This document shows, piece by piece, positions 1 to 7,111 of a DNA stretch of 55,094 bases. The stretch spans positions 1-55,094 of the IMG/VR virus record IMGVR_UViG_3300035703_000122. The stretch is one strand, 5' to 3'. Under the pieces are notes generated by a model. It was not told the DNA's origin. It ran no database searches and saw only the letters and a program-made list of their open reading frames with translations. The position numbers and the translations under genes are program-made. The DNA comes from a virus (Duplodnaviria > Caudoviricetes). Each line of letters begins with the position of its first letter. The first letter of the stretch is position 1.

Positions 1-206
1 AGCATCTTCACGATGCCGGTCTGTCCGGTGTCGGTGGCAACCGCCCACTCGGGAGACCCGCAGTCCGTGAAGTTGGGGACTCCGAACAGATCCATGAGTT
101 CGCCGAGTTGCGCCTCGAAGGTGACGGGCGGCCTGTTGGCCTTGCTACGGGCGGCGTCAATGTCAATCGAGGTCTGGTTGTGTGACTTGATCTGTGTGCT
201 TTGCAT
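1..206 (-). CDS. Hypothetical protein, partial (runs off the left end)
   Basis: Manual translation from ATG at 206 gives MQSTQIKSHNQTSIDIDAARSKANRPPVTFEAQLGELMDLFGVPNF..., open to the window edge and on the same strand as the operon. Confidence 0.6.
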   Translation of the reverse strand, partial: MQSTQIKSHNQTSIDIDAARSKANRPPVTFEAQLGELMDLFGVPNFTDCGSPEWAVATDTGQTGIVKM

Positions 207-223
207 TGCAATGTCTCGCTTGT

Positions 224-252
224 AAAAACAGAAAGGCCGCATCGAGCGGCCT
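224..252 (-). terminator. Intrinsic terminator (GGCCGC hairpin family, copy 1)
   Basis: AGGCCGC-N5-GCGGCCT stem followed on the minus strand by TTTCTGTTTTT. Confidence 0.7.
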
Positions 253-286
253 GTTGTTGGTTCACTGTTCTTCAGAACCAAGTTCT

Positions 287-607
287 TCAGAACAGTGGGA
301 TCACCCATCGAATTTGTTTGCTCAGCTCTTCGAGCGACACCTGTGGGCTGATGCTCTCTCCCTCGGCGTTTGTTCCGAGAACAAGGCCTCGCCCCGCGAG
401 CGGCGAGGGGTAGTCGGCATGGGCAAAGTAGTGCTGACCATCCTTCAACAGACCCTCGTCATCAACGAAGATCGAGTCGTCATTCGCTAGGCGAACGCAG
501 TCGAAGTAGTCGCACCCAAGGTGCTCGCTGATCTGCTTGTAGTCGCCGTTATAGGTGACTTGCTTGATCGCGCATTCGGCGGGGTCGATAAGGTAGGCGG
601 TGTGCAT
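287..607 (-). CDS. DUF3846-like phage protein
   Basis: MHTAYLIDP...QISEHLGCDYFD...IFVDDEGLLK...PLAGRGLVLG matches the DUF3846 pattern. GAGGA RBS before ATG 607. Confidence 0.75.
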   Translation of the reverse strand: MHTAYLIDPAECAIKQVTYNGDYKQISEHLGCDYFDCVRLANDDSIFVDDEGLLKDGQHYFAHADYPSPLAGRGLVLGTNAEGESISPQVSLEELSKQIRWVIPLF

Positions 608-614
608 AGGTTCC

Positions 615-746
615 TCAGAGGATGAAGTAGGCGGACAGTCCGACAACAGACCAAAACACAATCGTTGCCACGATGGATGGGACGCGACTGGGTTCCGTGT
701 TGCTGTCGAGGAATAGGCGCTGAATGGTCTCGGCGTCTTTGCTCAT
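615..746 (-). CDS. Small membrane protein
   Basis: MSKDAETIQRLFLD...IVATIVFWSVVGLSAYFIL has a C-terminal TM helix. ATGA overlap with the upstream gene. Confidence 0.6.
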   Translation of the reverse strand: MSKDAETIQRLFLDSNTEPSRVPSIVATIVFWSVVGLSAYFIL

Positions 747-1072
747 TTCGACTTTCCTTTGCGGCTCGTAGGCAAGTCCGATGCGGACTCGTCCGGTGTT
801 GATTGGGAGGCGTTCGAGGGTGATTCGGTCGGTTCGGTCTGTTCGCATTCGTCTTGGATTTGTTCGTATCGCTTCTTGGGTGTGGGGAGGTCGAGCAGTT
901 GTCGAATCTGTTTCGTGATGCGGGCAATGTCGGCGTCGCCAGACCCGTAGTTGTCCAGCGCATCAAGCACAGTTGCGTAGATGGGCTTGAGGACAGGGGA
1001 GAGGTCGGCCCCTCCCTTGATCTGTCCGATAACCCCCTCAATCGCCTCGCGGGTTTGGGTGATTGATTTCAT
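743..1072 (-). CDS. Hypothetical protein
   Basis: 109 aa ORF, translationally coupled on both sides. Confidence 0.65.
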   Translation of the reverse strand: MKSITQTREAIEGVIGQIKGGADLSPVLKPIYATVLDALDNYGSGDADIARITKQIRQLLDLPTPKKRYEQIQDECEQTEPTESPSNASQSTPDESASDLPTSRKGKSK

Positions 1073-1170
1073 AAAGAGATGTAAACAATGAGCGCAAGGC
1101 CCGATAAGTAGGCAACCAAGCAGGTGGCGAACAGAAGTCGCTCAAGCCATTCGGGAGGGCGGCGGCTCAT
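1069..1170 (-). CDS. 33 aa membrane peptide (below the ORF-track cutoff)
   Basis: MSRRPPEWLERLLFATCLVAYLSGLALIVYISL. Start overlaps the upstream stop (TGATG) and stop overlaps the downstream start (ATGA). Confidence 0.6.
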   Translation of the reverse strand: MSRRPPEWLERLLFATCLVAYLSGLALIVYISL

Positions 1171-1478
1171 CACATGGCCTCGAAAACGTCAGGATTCATC
1201 CTGACGATCCTCTGCGCCTTGGTCACCGGGGGGCGACCCTTCTTCGCGGGACGCGGTTCCCAGATGTGATAGCGGTTGTCCGCAAACGGCCCCAATACAA
1301 CCGCCCCAGGCGACTCAGCCTTGATGGTCTCGATGAGGACAGACTGTCCACTGATCAGGTGTTCGACCGCCTTGATGCGGAAGGACACGGTCTTGCGCAG
1401 TGCTGTGCTGAACTTGCGGCGGTGGCGTGGGTTGGTCTTTTGCACTTGGCTCTCCAGGTTGTGCGCTTGGTTCTTCAT
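1170..1478 (-). CDS. Hypothetical basic protein
   Basis: 102 aa ORF with GGAGA RBS. Confidence 0.65.
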   Translation of the reverse strand: MKNQAHNLESQVQKTNPRHRRKFSTALRKTVSFRIKAVEHLISGQSVLIETIKAESPGAVVLGPFADNRYHIWEPRPAKKGRPPVTKAQRIVRMNPDVFEAM

Positions 1479-1494
1479 TGCGTTGTCTCCGTGG

Positions 1495-1521
1495 AAAAAG
1501 AAAGGGCCGCTGATGCGGCCC
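1495..1521 (-). terminator. Intrinsic terminator (GGCCGC hairpin family, copy 2)
   Basis: GGGCCGC-N4-GCGGCCC followed by TTTCTTTTT on the minus strand. Confidence 0.75.
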
Positions 1522-1544
1522 TGGTGGGTGGTCTGTGGTGATGT

Positions 1545-1844
1545 TTAGAAGGGGACTTCGTCGGCGTGGATCCCATACAGCTCGCTCCTTTCCGACTCCG
1601 TCCTTGCGTACTCTTCGTCTATGGACTCGCCGACGAAGCCTTCCGCGATCAGTCGGTAAGCGCCTTTGCTGTCCCAGGGAATCTGTTCGACTCGGTACCT
1701 GTCGCGACCCGAGTCATCCACATACAGGGTGGTGTGGATAGCGCCGCTCCATGTGGCGGCGGTAGTCTCAAGACCCGTGGTCTTGTGGCCGGTGCGGGTG
1801 GCCTCGCCTCGACCCCCTTTGACGATGCCGTAGAAGTGGCTCAT
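1545..1844 (-). CDS. Conserved phage hypothetical protein
   Basis: MSHFYGIVKGGRGEATRTGHKTTGLETTAATWSGAI. AGGAG RBS and ATGA overlap. Confidence 0.7.
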   Translation of the reverse strand: MSHFYGIVKGGRGEATRTGHKTTGLETTAATWSGAIHTTLYVDDSGRDRYRVEQIPWDSKGAYRLIAEGFVGESIDEEYARTESERSELYGIHADEVPF

Positions 1845-2179
1845 TGCACATACTCCTGCTGATTGGGTGACACCCGGACTGCGGTTGCAGACGACTCCAC
1901 ATCCACATTGCTCAGCGCCTTGCATCGCCCCACGAAGGACGCAATGTCAATGTCGATCTGTTCGCCGTTGATGCTCATCCGAGCATTCGGAACCTCGATG
2001 GAGTGCAGTGACAGAACCTTCTGCATTCCATCTACGATGGCGGTCAGCGTCATCAGGTGGTAGCGAAGGTCTTGCGTCTCTGCCATCGAGTGAGCGAGGC
2101 AGGTCACAAGGTCGTCAACGACCCGCCCAGGATCGTTCTCTTTGTCGGCAGTCTGTTGGTTGCTGTTCGGTTGGTTCAT
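1841..2179 (-). CDS. Hypothetical protein
   Basis: MNQPNSNQQ... preceded by GAGG RBS. Confidence 0.65.
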   Translation of the reverse strand: MNQPNSNQQTADKENDPGRVVDDLVTCLAHSMAETQDLRYHLMTLTAIVDGMQKVLSLHSIEVPNARMSINGEQIDIDIASFVGRCKALSNVDVESSATAVRVSPNQQEYVQ

Positions 2180-2186
2180 GGTCGCC

Positions 2187-2375
2187 TCACCAGTTGTAAA
2201 CATCAGCCACCCCAATACGATTGCCGTTGTCATCCTTGATGACAATGGAGTCGCCGGGGGTGAGCGGCTTGGGATGGCAAGTCACCGACATGAGAAGGTC
2301 GGCGATTGCGTTTCGCGCTTGGTCGTTGCGCTTGTCGGCCTCGTCATCGAGGAAAAGGGTTACTGTTAGTCGCAT
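2187..2375 (-). CDS. Hypothetical protein
   Basis: 62 aa ORF ending IKDDNGNRIGVADV, with AAGGA RBS. Confidence 0.65.
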   Translation of the reverse strand: MRLTVTLFLDDEADKRNDQARNAIADLLMSVTCHPKPLTPGDSIVIKDDNGNRIGVADVYNW

Positions 2376-2387
2376 GGTCTGTTCCTT

Positions 2388-2588
2388 TCAGAGTCCTGCT
2401 TGCCAGTCATTCCATGACTGCTCTCGCTTTTCGTCCCAGTAGTCGGAGCGGGCTTGCTTTGCACCAGCATCCCAGCCTACGAAGTAGGCTCCGGGTTCAG
2501 CGTGGTATCCAGGTAGGTGCGTTGGGGCCTCGCTCATTACGGCTTGATAGCCGTCTGCGTAACCCCTCTCGTAGTCTGTTGACGGCAT
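2388..2588 (-). CDS. Hypothetical protein (YxxGYxxG repeats)
   Basis: MPSTDYERGYADGY...YFVGWDAG, with GGGGA RBS. Confidence 0.6.
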   Translation of the reverse strand: MPSTDYERGYADGYQAVMSEAPTHLPGYHAEPGAYFVGWDAGAKQARSDYWDEKREQSWNDWQAGL

Positions 2589-2607
2589 GGTCTGTTCCCC
2601 TGGTAGC

Positions 2608-2964
2608 TCAGGAAACACAGACCTCGAAGGTCAGGCCGTTGACGGCGTCACGCACCTTGTCGTCAATGTCCATGTCTTCGATGGCGTCGGCCACCTTGTC
2701 GTCGACCGAGGACTCGGTCACGAACTCATCGTGGTCGTACTCGTTGGCGTGGTCTTCCATCGCCTCGGCGACCGCCTCCCCGGCGACACGGGATGCGATA
2801 GCTTCGACCGCACCGACGAAGGTGATAGAGGTTGTGTCCAACCCGGCACCGCCTTCGGCGACTTGGGTTTTGAGGGCGACGATCTGTTCTTGCAGAGGCT
2901 TAACAGCCTCAGCGATGGCGGCGGACACGGCGGCGGACAGGATGGCGTTCAGGTCGATAAGCAC
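2608..2964 (-). CDS. Acidic hypothetical protein
   Basis: 118 aa, GTG start after GAGGA. The C-terminal half is very D/E-rich. Confidence 0.7.
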   Translation of the reverse strand: MLIDLNAILSAAVSAAIAEAVKPLQEQIVALKTQVAEGGAGLDTTSITFVGAVEAIASRVAGEAVAEAMEDHANEYDHDEFVTESSVDDKVADAIEDMDIDDKVRDAVNGLTFEVCVS

Positions 2965-2981
2965 GGTGTTGTTCCTCTCGC

Positions 2982-3008
2982 AAAAAAGAAAAGGCCGCTA
3001 ATGCGGCC
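2982..3008 (-). terminator. Intrinsic terminator (GGCCGC hairpin family, copy 3)
   Basis: GGCCGC-N4-GCGGCC followed by TTTTCTTTTTT on the minus strand. Confidence 0.75.
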
Positions 3009-3039
3009 CGGTGATGGATCTGTTGGCTGGTCTGTTCGG

Positions 3040-3216
3040 TCAGTACCAAAGTTCGGGTGGCTCTCGCCCCCACTCCCTGATGTATTGCTTGCGGTATGCC
3101 TCGCGCTTGGCCTTGGCCTCGCGCTTCTGCCTTGCATCTTCAAAGAAGATGATGACCATGACGAATGCTGTGATTGCCCCGGCAATCATCAGGCGCAGGA
3201 CGAACGGGTTGTCCAT
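3040..3216 (-). CDS. Small single-pass membrane protein
   Basis: MDNPFVLRLMIAGAITAFVMVIIFF plus a basic tail, with AAGGA RBS. Confidence 0.6.
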   Translation of the reverse strand: MDNPFVLRLMIAGAITAFVMVIIFFEDARQKREAKAKREAYRKQYIREWGREPPELWY

Positions 3217-3284
3217 GTCTGTTCCTTTCGTGTAGTGCTGACGGCACTGGTATGCACCCCCTTCGGGGTGCATCACCGCTGACT

Positions 3285-4163
3285 TCAGGCGGCTTGCAGT
3301 TCGGGGGACTCGATCTGTCCGAGGACAGAGTCGATCCACTTCTCTGCGGACGTCTGATCGTTGATCGGGCCTTGGACGTAGGCGCTCTGCGGGAGGGGAA
3401 GCATCTTCAGTGCGGCGGCCATCTGTTGATGGTCGTCCTGGCCCAGGCCCCAGTCTGGCGTCGTGTCGTGCTCGTCGCAAGCCTTGACGATCCCGGCGAA
3501 CAGGGCCGTCCGGAAATATCCCGGCATAGCCGACAGTGCCGCGAGTCGGTCGAGGTCGAGGGGCTGATCCTCATCCTTGATGCTGACGAACTGAGCGAGG
3601 TCGTGCTTGTGGCCTGCGTCGACGTTCTTCCCGGCGAAGCCTCCGACGATCGCCACGCTGTAGCCTGACTCTGTCAGAGCATTCGCCAGTTTCAGGGCGG
3701 CGGCACCACGCCAGAACAGTTTGTCGGCGTCGACGTTGCAGTTCGCACCCAGGTTCACGACGATCGTGACTGAGCGGACACCGGAACCCTGGCGGCGTCG
3801 AGTGCGGCTCCAGGCGCGGCTCAGGTCGCCCCGGTACACGGCGTGTATGTCGAGTTCGGCACCCTGATCGGCGCGTTCCCGGCGTCGACGAATCGAGACG
3901 GGATTTATATCCCGAGTCGCCAGTTTCAACAGACGCTCGGAACCCTGCGGCCACCCTTCCTTCAACCTACGGTTGAGTTCGGTGACGTTCGGCGCACCGT
4001 ACCAGTCCTGACCGCCGCCGCCGTTCTTTTTACCTGTAAGGTAGCCGGTGGCCTCGGCCTTGTTCGCACTGTTCTTCCATTCGACCTTGTCGAGAGTTGC
4101 GGCCTCCATCACAGAGTCGTACAGGACGGCAGTCAGTCGCTTGCCGTTGTGTGCCTTGAGCAT
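3285..4163 (-). CDS. VWA-like partner of the MoxR AAA+ ATPase
   Basis: G-ELDI-AV motif, then a TIVVNLGANCN strand and ALKLANALTESGYSVAIV. It lies directly downstream of a MoxR AAA gene, and the MIDAS motif is degenerate. Confidence 0.7.
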   Translation of the reverse strand: MLKAHNGKRLTAVLYDSVMEAATLDKVEWKNSANKAEATGYLTGKKNGGGGQDWYGAPNVTELNRRLKEGWPQGSERLLKLATRDINPVSIRRRRERADQGAELDIHAVYRGDLSRAWSRTRRRQGSGVRSVTIVVNLGANCNVDADKLFWRGAAALKLANALTESGYSVAIVGGFAGKNVDAGHKHDLAQFVSIKDEDQPLDLDRLAALSAMPGYFRTALFAGIVKACDEHDTTPDWGLGQDDHQQMAAALKMLPLPQSAYVQGPINDQTSAEKWIDSVLGQIESPELQAA

Positions 4164-4196
4164 GGCGATCCTTTCAGCCGGGAGCGATCCGGCGAA

Positions 4197-4246
4197 GCCT
4201 CATCAGTGCGGGAGCGACCCGCAGACCACCTCACGGTGGTTTCGGC
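4197..4246 (-). ncRNA. Hammerhead ribozyme, type II topology
   Basis: The minus strand reads GCC-GAAA-CCACC-GUGA-GGUG-GUC-UGCGGG-UCGCU-CCCGCA-CUGAUGA-GGC. It has the full core (GAAA, GUC, CUGAUGA) and stems I, II and III. Confidence 0.9.
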
Positions 4247-4248
4247 GA

Positions 4249-5439
4249 TCAACCGACGTCGACCTTGGTGCGATCCTCGGCCTTCCAGTCGAGGAAGAAC
4301 TTGTTCTTCACTCGCTCGAAGGTGGCACCGGCCTTGATCAACTTCGTTGCGTCGAGCAGGAATCGGGTGGACATGACCCGTTGCATCCGAAGATCGTTGA
4401 TCTTCTTGCGAACAGCCCAGCCCCAAGCCAACAGACTGGGGTCAACAGACTGACGCTCGAACTTGGTGTCGTAGTCGACAAAGTGTCGACCGGCGCGGAA
4501 CCGATCAAGGAATGCTTCGTCGAGTCGCTCCCGACCGGAATAGGTGCCGTTGGCACCGTTGCCGAAGGTGTTGGCGGCGGCAATGCAGACAAAGTCTGCA
4601 TGACGCTTGACCAACGAACGACCCTTCCGTTGAGGAAGGTAGAAGCTCCCGTTCGCCAGGGCCTGATTGATGAACAGCAGGGTGTTCGGATCGGCGGCGT
4701 CGACTTCGTCGAACAGGAACACTCCGCCGTTCTCGTAGAGACGAACGAAGTCCGATTCGACGTAGTCGAAGGCACCGCCATCCTGCGGCAACAGCCAACC
4801 GGACAGAACAGACTCCGACATTCCTGCTGTGCAGGAAACCGAGGCGAAGGACTTGCCCAGGGCCTCAGCCACTTGGTGAGCCAAGTGGGTCTTGCCAGAC
4901 CCTGCGGGGCCGACCAGGAGGATGTTCAGGCCGCACTGGGCGTCGAGCAGGATGTCCTGAAACTCAGGACGAACATGGCCGCTCGGCTTCCAGTCCGTCC
5001 CATCGGGACGACGAACCTCGATCTTGACGACCGGGGACTTGTCGAGCGCCTTCTTGACTTCGTCAAGGACGATCGACCGAACAGACTCCGGGTCAACCTG
5101 AACACCGAGAGCATTGCGGAGCAATGCAACGACGTCGTCGGACTTGGGAGCCGTCGTCTTGACGACGGGGGCCGCAGGGGCCGGAACAGACTCCACAGGA
5201 GTCTCGGGAGGGATGGCGGCAGGACTCGGAGCCGGAACAGACTCCGTAGGAGTCTCGGCCTTGGCACCGATCGCCGTGATTGCGGCCTGGATGGCGTCGG
5301 CGTTGTACTGCGAAAGCAGTCGGTCGACGCATTCGGTTTTCTTGGTTCGCTCATGGTCAAACCCAACGGCTCCGCCGTTGAGGTGCTTGAACAGATCGAG
5401 GATGGTTGCCTTCGGCAAGGCGAGCAGGGTTTCACGCAT
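4249..5439 (-). CDS. MoxR/CobS/CbbQ-like AAA+ ATPase
   Basis: Walker A GPAGSGKT, Walker B FLFDEVD, sensor AANT and LDEAFLDRF arginine-finger region. AAGGA RBS before MRETLL. Confidence 0.9.
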   Translation of the reverse strand: MRETLLALPKATILDLFKHLNGGAVGFDHERTKKTECVDRLLSQYNADAIQAAITAIGAKAETPTESVPAPSPAAIPPETPVESVPAPAAPVVKTTAPKSDDVVALLRNALGVQVDPESVRSIVLDEVKKALDKSPVVKIEVRRPDGTDWKPSGHVRPEFQDILLDAQCGLNILLVGPAGSGKTHLAHQVAEALGKSFASVSCTAGMSESVLSGWLLPQDGGAFDYVESDFVRLYENGGVFLFDEVDAADPNTLLFINQALANGSFYLPQRKGRSLVKRHADFVCIAAANTFGNGANGTYSGRERLDEAFLDRFRAGRHFVDYDTKFERQSVDPSLLAWGWAVRKKINDLRMQRVMSTRFLLDATKLIKAGATFERVKNKFFLDWKAEDRTKVDVG

Positions 5440-5469
5440 GGTGTGTCCTTTCAGCGTTGGGGTTGCAAG

Positions 5470-6160
5470 CGGGGTACGAAGTACCCGGCACAGACCACGG
5501 CGACGAAGCGGCATGGTCTGTACTTGGCACTCCAAAGGAGTGGGTTCGCGTTCTCCACCGACGAAGTCGGCAACGCGGCGTCACGGTCACTTCGTGACGG
5601 GGAAGGCGGGTTCCACATGGCAGTGGCTCCACAGCACAGAACCCGAAGGGTTCGCCTGAAGTGCTGTCCTCTCGGCAGACAGAGCGAAGCTCTGTGACCT
5701 TCCCGTTAGAGCCGGTGATTGACGTCATCTCGACGTGTACCGACTCCTCTGGAGTCCGACGCTACATCCCGCCGTTGGGGCCGAACCGTTCGGTTCAGTG
5801 CGTCACCGAGTGCCTCTGCTGATCCCCCTTCTACGAAGGGCTTCGCCTATCGGGTCACTCGGTGCTTACAGCACCTACTGGTCGGATTGCGATGACCGGA
5901 GTCACCGTCGACGCTTTCCAATTTACGCCGAGCCTTGTCGAACCGTCAAGGATCCTTGTTTCAACCCGTAGGGTTGGATCGTCGTATGACGCGCTATGTA
6001 GCGATGTGTGTGGCGTTGCGCCGCAACTCGTTGACCCCAGCCCGCCCGTATCCCGTTCTCCAAGGAGAGACTACGTCTCCACAGAGAACCACAGGCCACC
6101 TACGAGGCACCTCCCAGATTCGGCAAACCCTTGTCAGAGAACAGATTTCATCTGTTGGGG
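5470..6160 (-). ncRNA. Candidate large structured RNA or ssDNA element
   Basis: No credible ORF. More than 12 perfect hairpins plus nested long-range stems, with G-U pairs favouring the minus strand. Confidence 0.55.
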
Positions 6161-6196
6161 GAGGGGAGATAGTCGTCAAAGGCCACGTTCGGCGAC

Positions 6197-6217
6197 AAAA
6201 AAACGGCTTTCAGCCGT
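6197..6217 (-). terminator. Intrinsic terminator upstream of the structured element
   Basis: Minus strand ACGGC-TGAAA-GCCGT followed by a T run. Confidence 0.55.
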
Positions 6218-6499
6218 CGGCACCACCACCGTCCACGGCAAACCCAGACCGAATCCCACCGGTCGACGCTCCATCAATCGCCGAACAGACCCCAAGGGGT
6301 CTACCCTGGCTCATTCACGGCACACTCTGCGCTAACCCATTGATTTATCAATGCCCCAATCGGATTTCAGATCCGGTGCGGAGCACCGCAACGCATCATG
6401 CGGGGGTGGGGCGGGGGTGGCGGGCTGCCCACGGGCGCGTGGCGGGGGCGCCTGAGCCTCTACCTATCTCTACCCCACACACGCACTTCCCTCCCAATC

Positions 6500-6655
6500 C
6501 ATAGGGGGCCAATAGGGGGGCCATTGGGGAGGGTATTGAGGGGGCTATAGGGGAGGCCAATGGGGGGGCGAATAGCAATAAAGAATATAGAAGTAGAGAG
6601 TATGTAATACGGCGCTGGATAGGGGGGCATTAGGGGGGGTATAGCCCCCCTATCG
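6500..6655. repeat. G-rich 12-bp iteron array with AT-rich spacer (candidate origin or initiator-binding site)
   Basis: ATAGGGGGGCCA / TTGGGGAGGGTA / TTGAGGGGGCTA / TAGGGGAGGCCA / ATGGGGGGGCGA, then A-rich 6575-6610. Confidence 0.75.
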
Positions 6656-6731
6656 CGTGTGGACAACCAGGTCTGGGGTGGGGGGGCCAACAAGGGACTC
6701 CTGCCTGCTACACAAAATACGACAAAGTACC

Positions 6732-6760
6732 TTGTGAAGTGCGGATCACAGGCGTACAGT
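6732..6760 (+). promoter_or_regulatory. Putative sigma70 promoter for the late operon
   Basis: TTGTGA-17 bp-TACAGT, 36 bp upstream of terS. Confidence 0.45.
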
Positions 6761-6796
6761 GTGCAGCAGGGTGGGAAAGTCCACTCGTTCAACACC

Positions 6797-7111
6797 ATGC
6801 TGACGACCAAAGAAAAGACTTCGATCTCTGCTCGCCGGGAGAAGTTGCGCCAGGAGGCCGCTGATGCGACCCGTGAGCGCATCAAGACTTCCAAGCTGCT
6901 TGATCGTCTTCAGGCGTTCGCGCTCGGCGAGAAGATTGACGGCAAGGCGGTGAAGCTCTCGCCTTCGGAGATCAAGGCGATGGAGATCTTGTTCGACAAG
7001 ACCTTGCCCAACCTTGCGTCGATCAAGCACGAGGTGGAGGCCAAGCAGGTGACCTTCCTGATCGACACGCAACCCGATGCAGCAGACGATTCGGTACAGA
7101 CCGCCGGGTAA
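6797..7111 (+). CDS. terS: Terminase small subunit
   Basis: RERIKTSKLLDRLQAFALG...EILFDKTLPNL pattern. Overlaps the terL start. Confidence 0.75.
   Translation: MLTTKEKTSISARREKLRQEAADATRERIKTSKLLDRLQAFALGEKIDGKAVKLSPSEIKAMEILFDKTLPNLASIKHEVEAKQVTFLIDTQPDAADDSVQTAG

Noticed and set aside
4048-5697. 549 aa plus-strand ORF, and similar long antisense ORFs (7023-8555, 9041-10150, 32383-33654, 34376-35503)
   Set aside because: These are shadows of well-supported genes on the opposite strand in high-GC DNA, with no recognisable motifs.
6140-6180. Sigma70 promoter for the leftward operon
   Set aside because: A TTGACG -35 is present on the minus strand, but there is no good -10 at 16-18 bp, where the AACAGA palindrome sits instead. 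It is not supportable as a feature.
5432-6504. ORFs in the structured non-coding block (5432-5728, 5862-6335, 5935-6504)
   Set aside because: No convincing RBS, Arg/Pro/Ser-rich non-coding-like composition, and no family motifs. Small peptides cannot be fully excluded.
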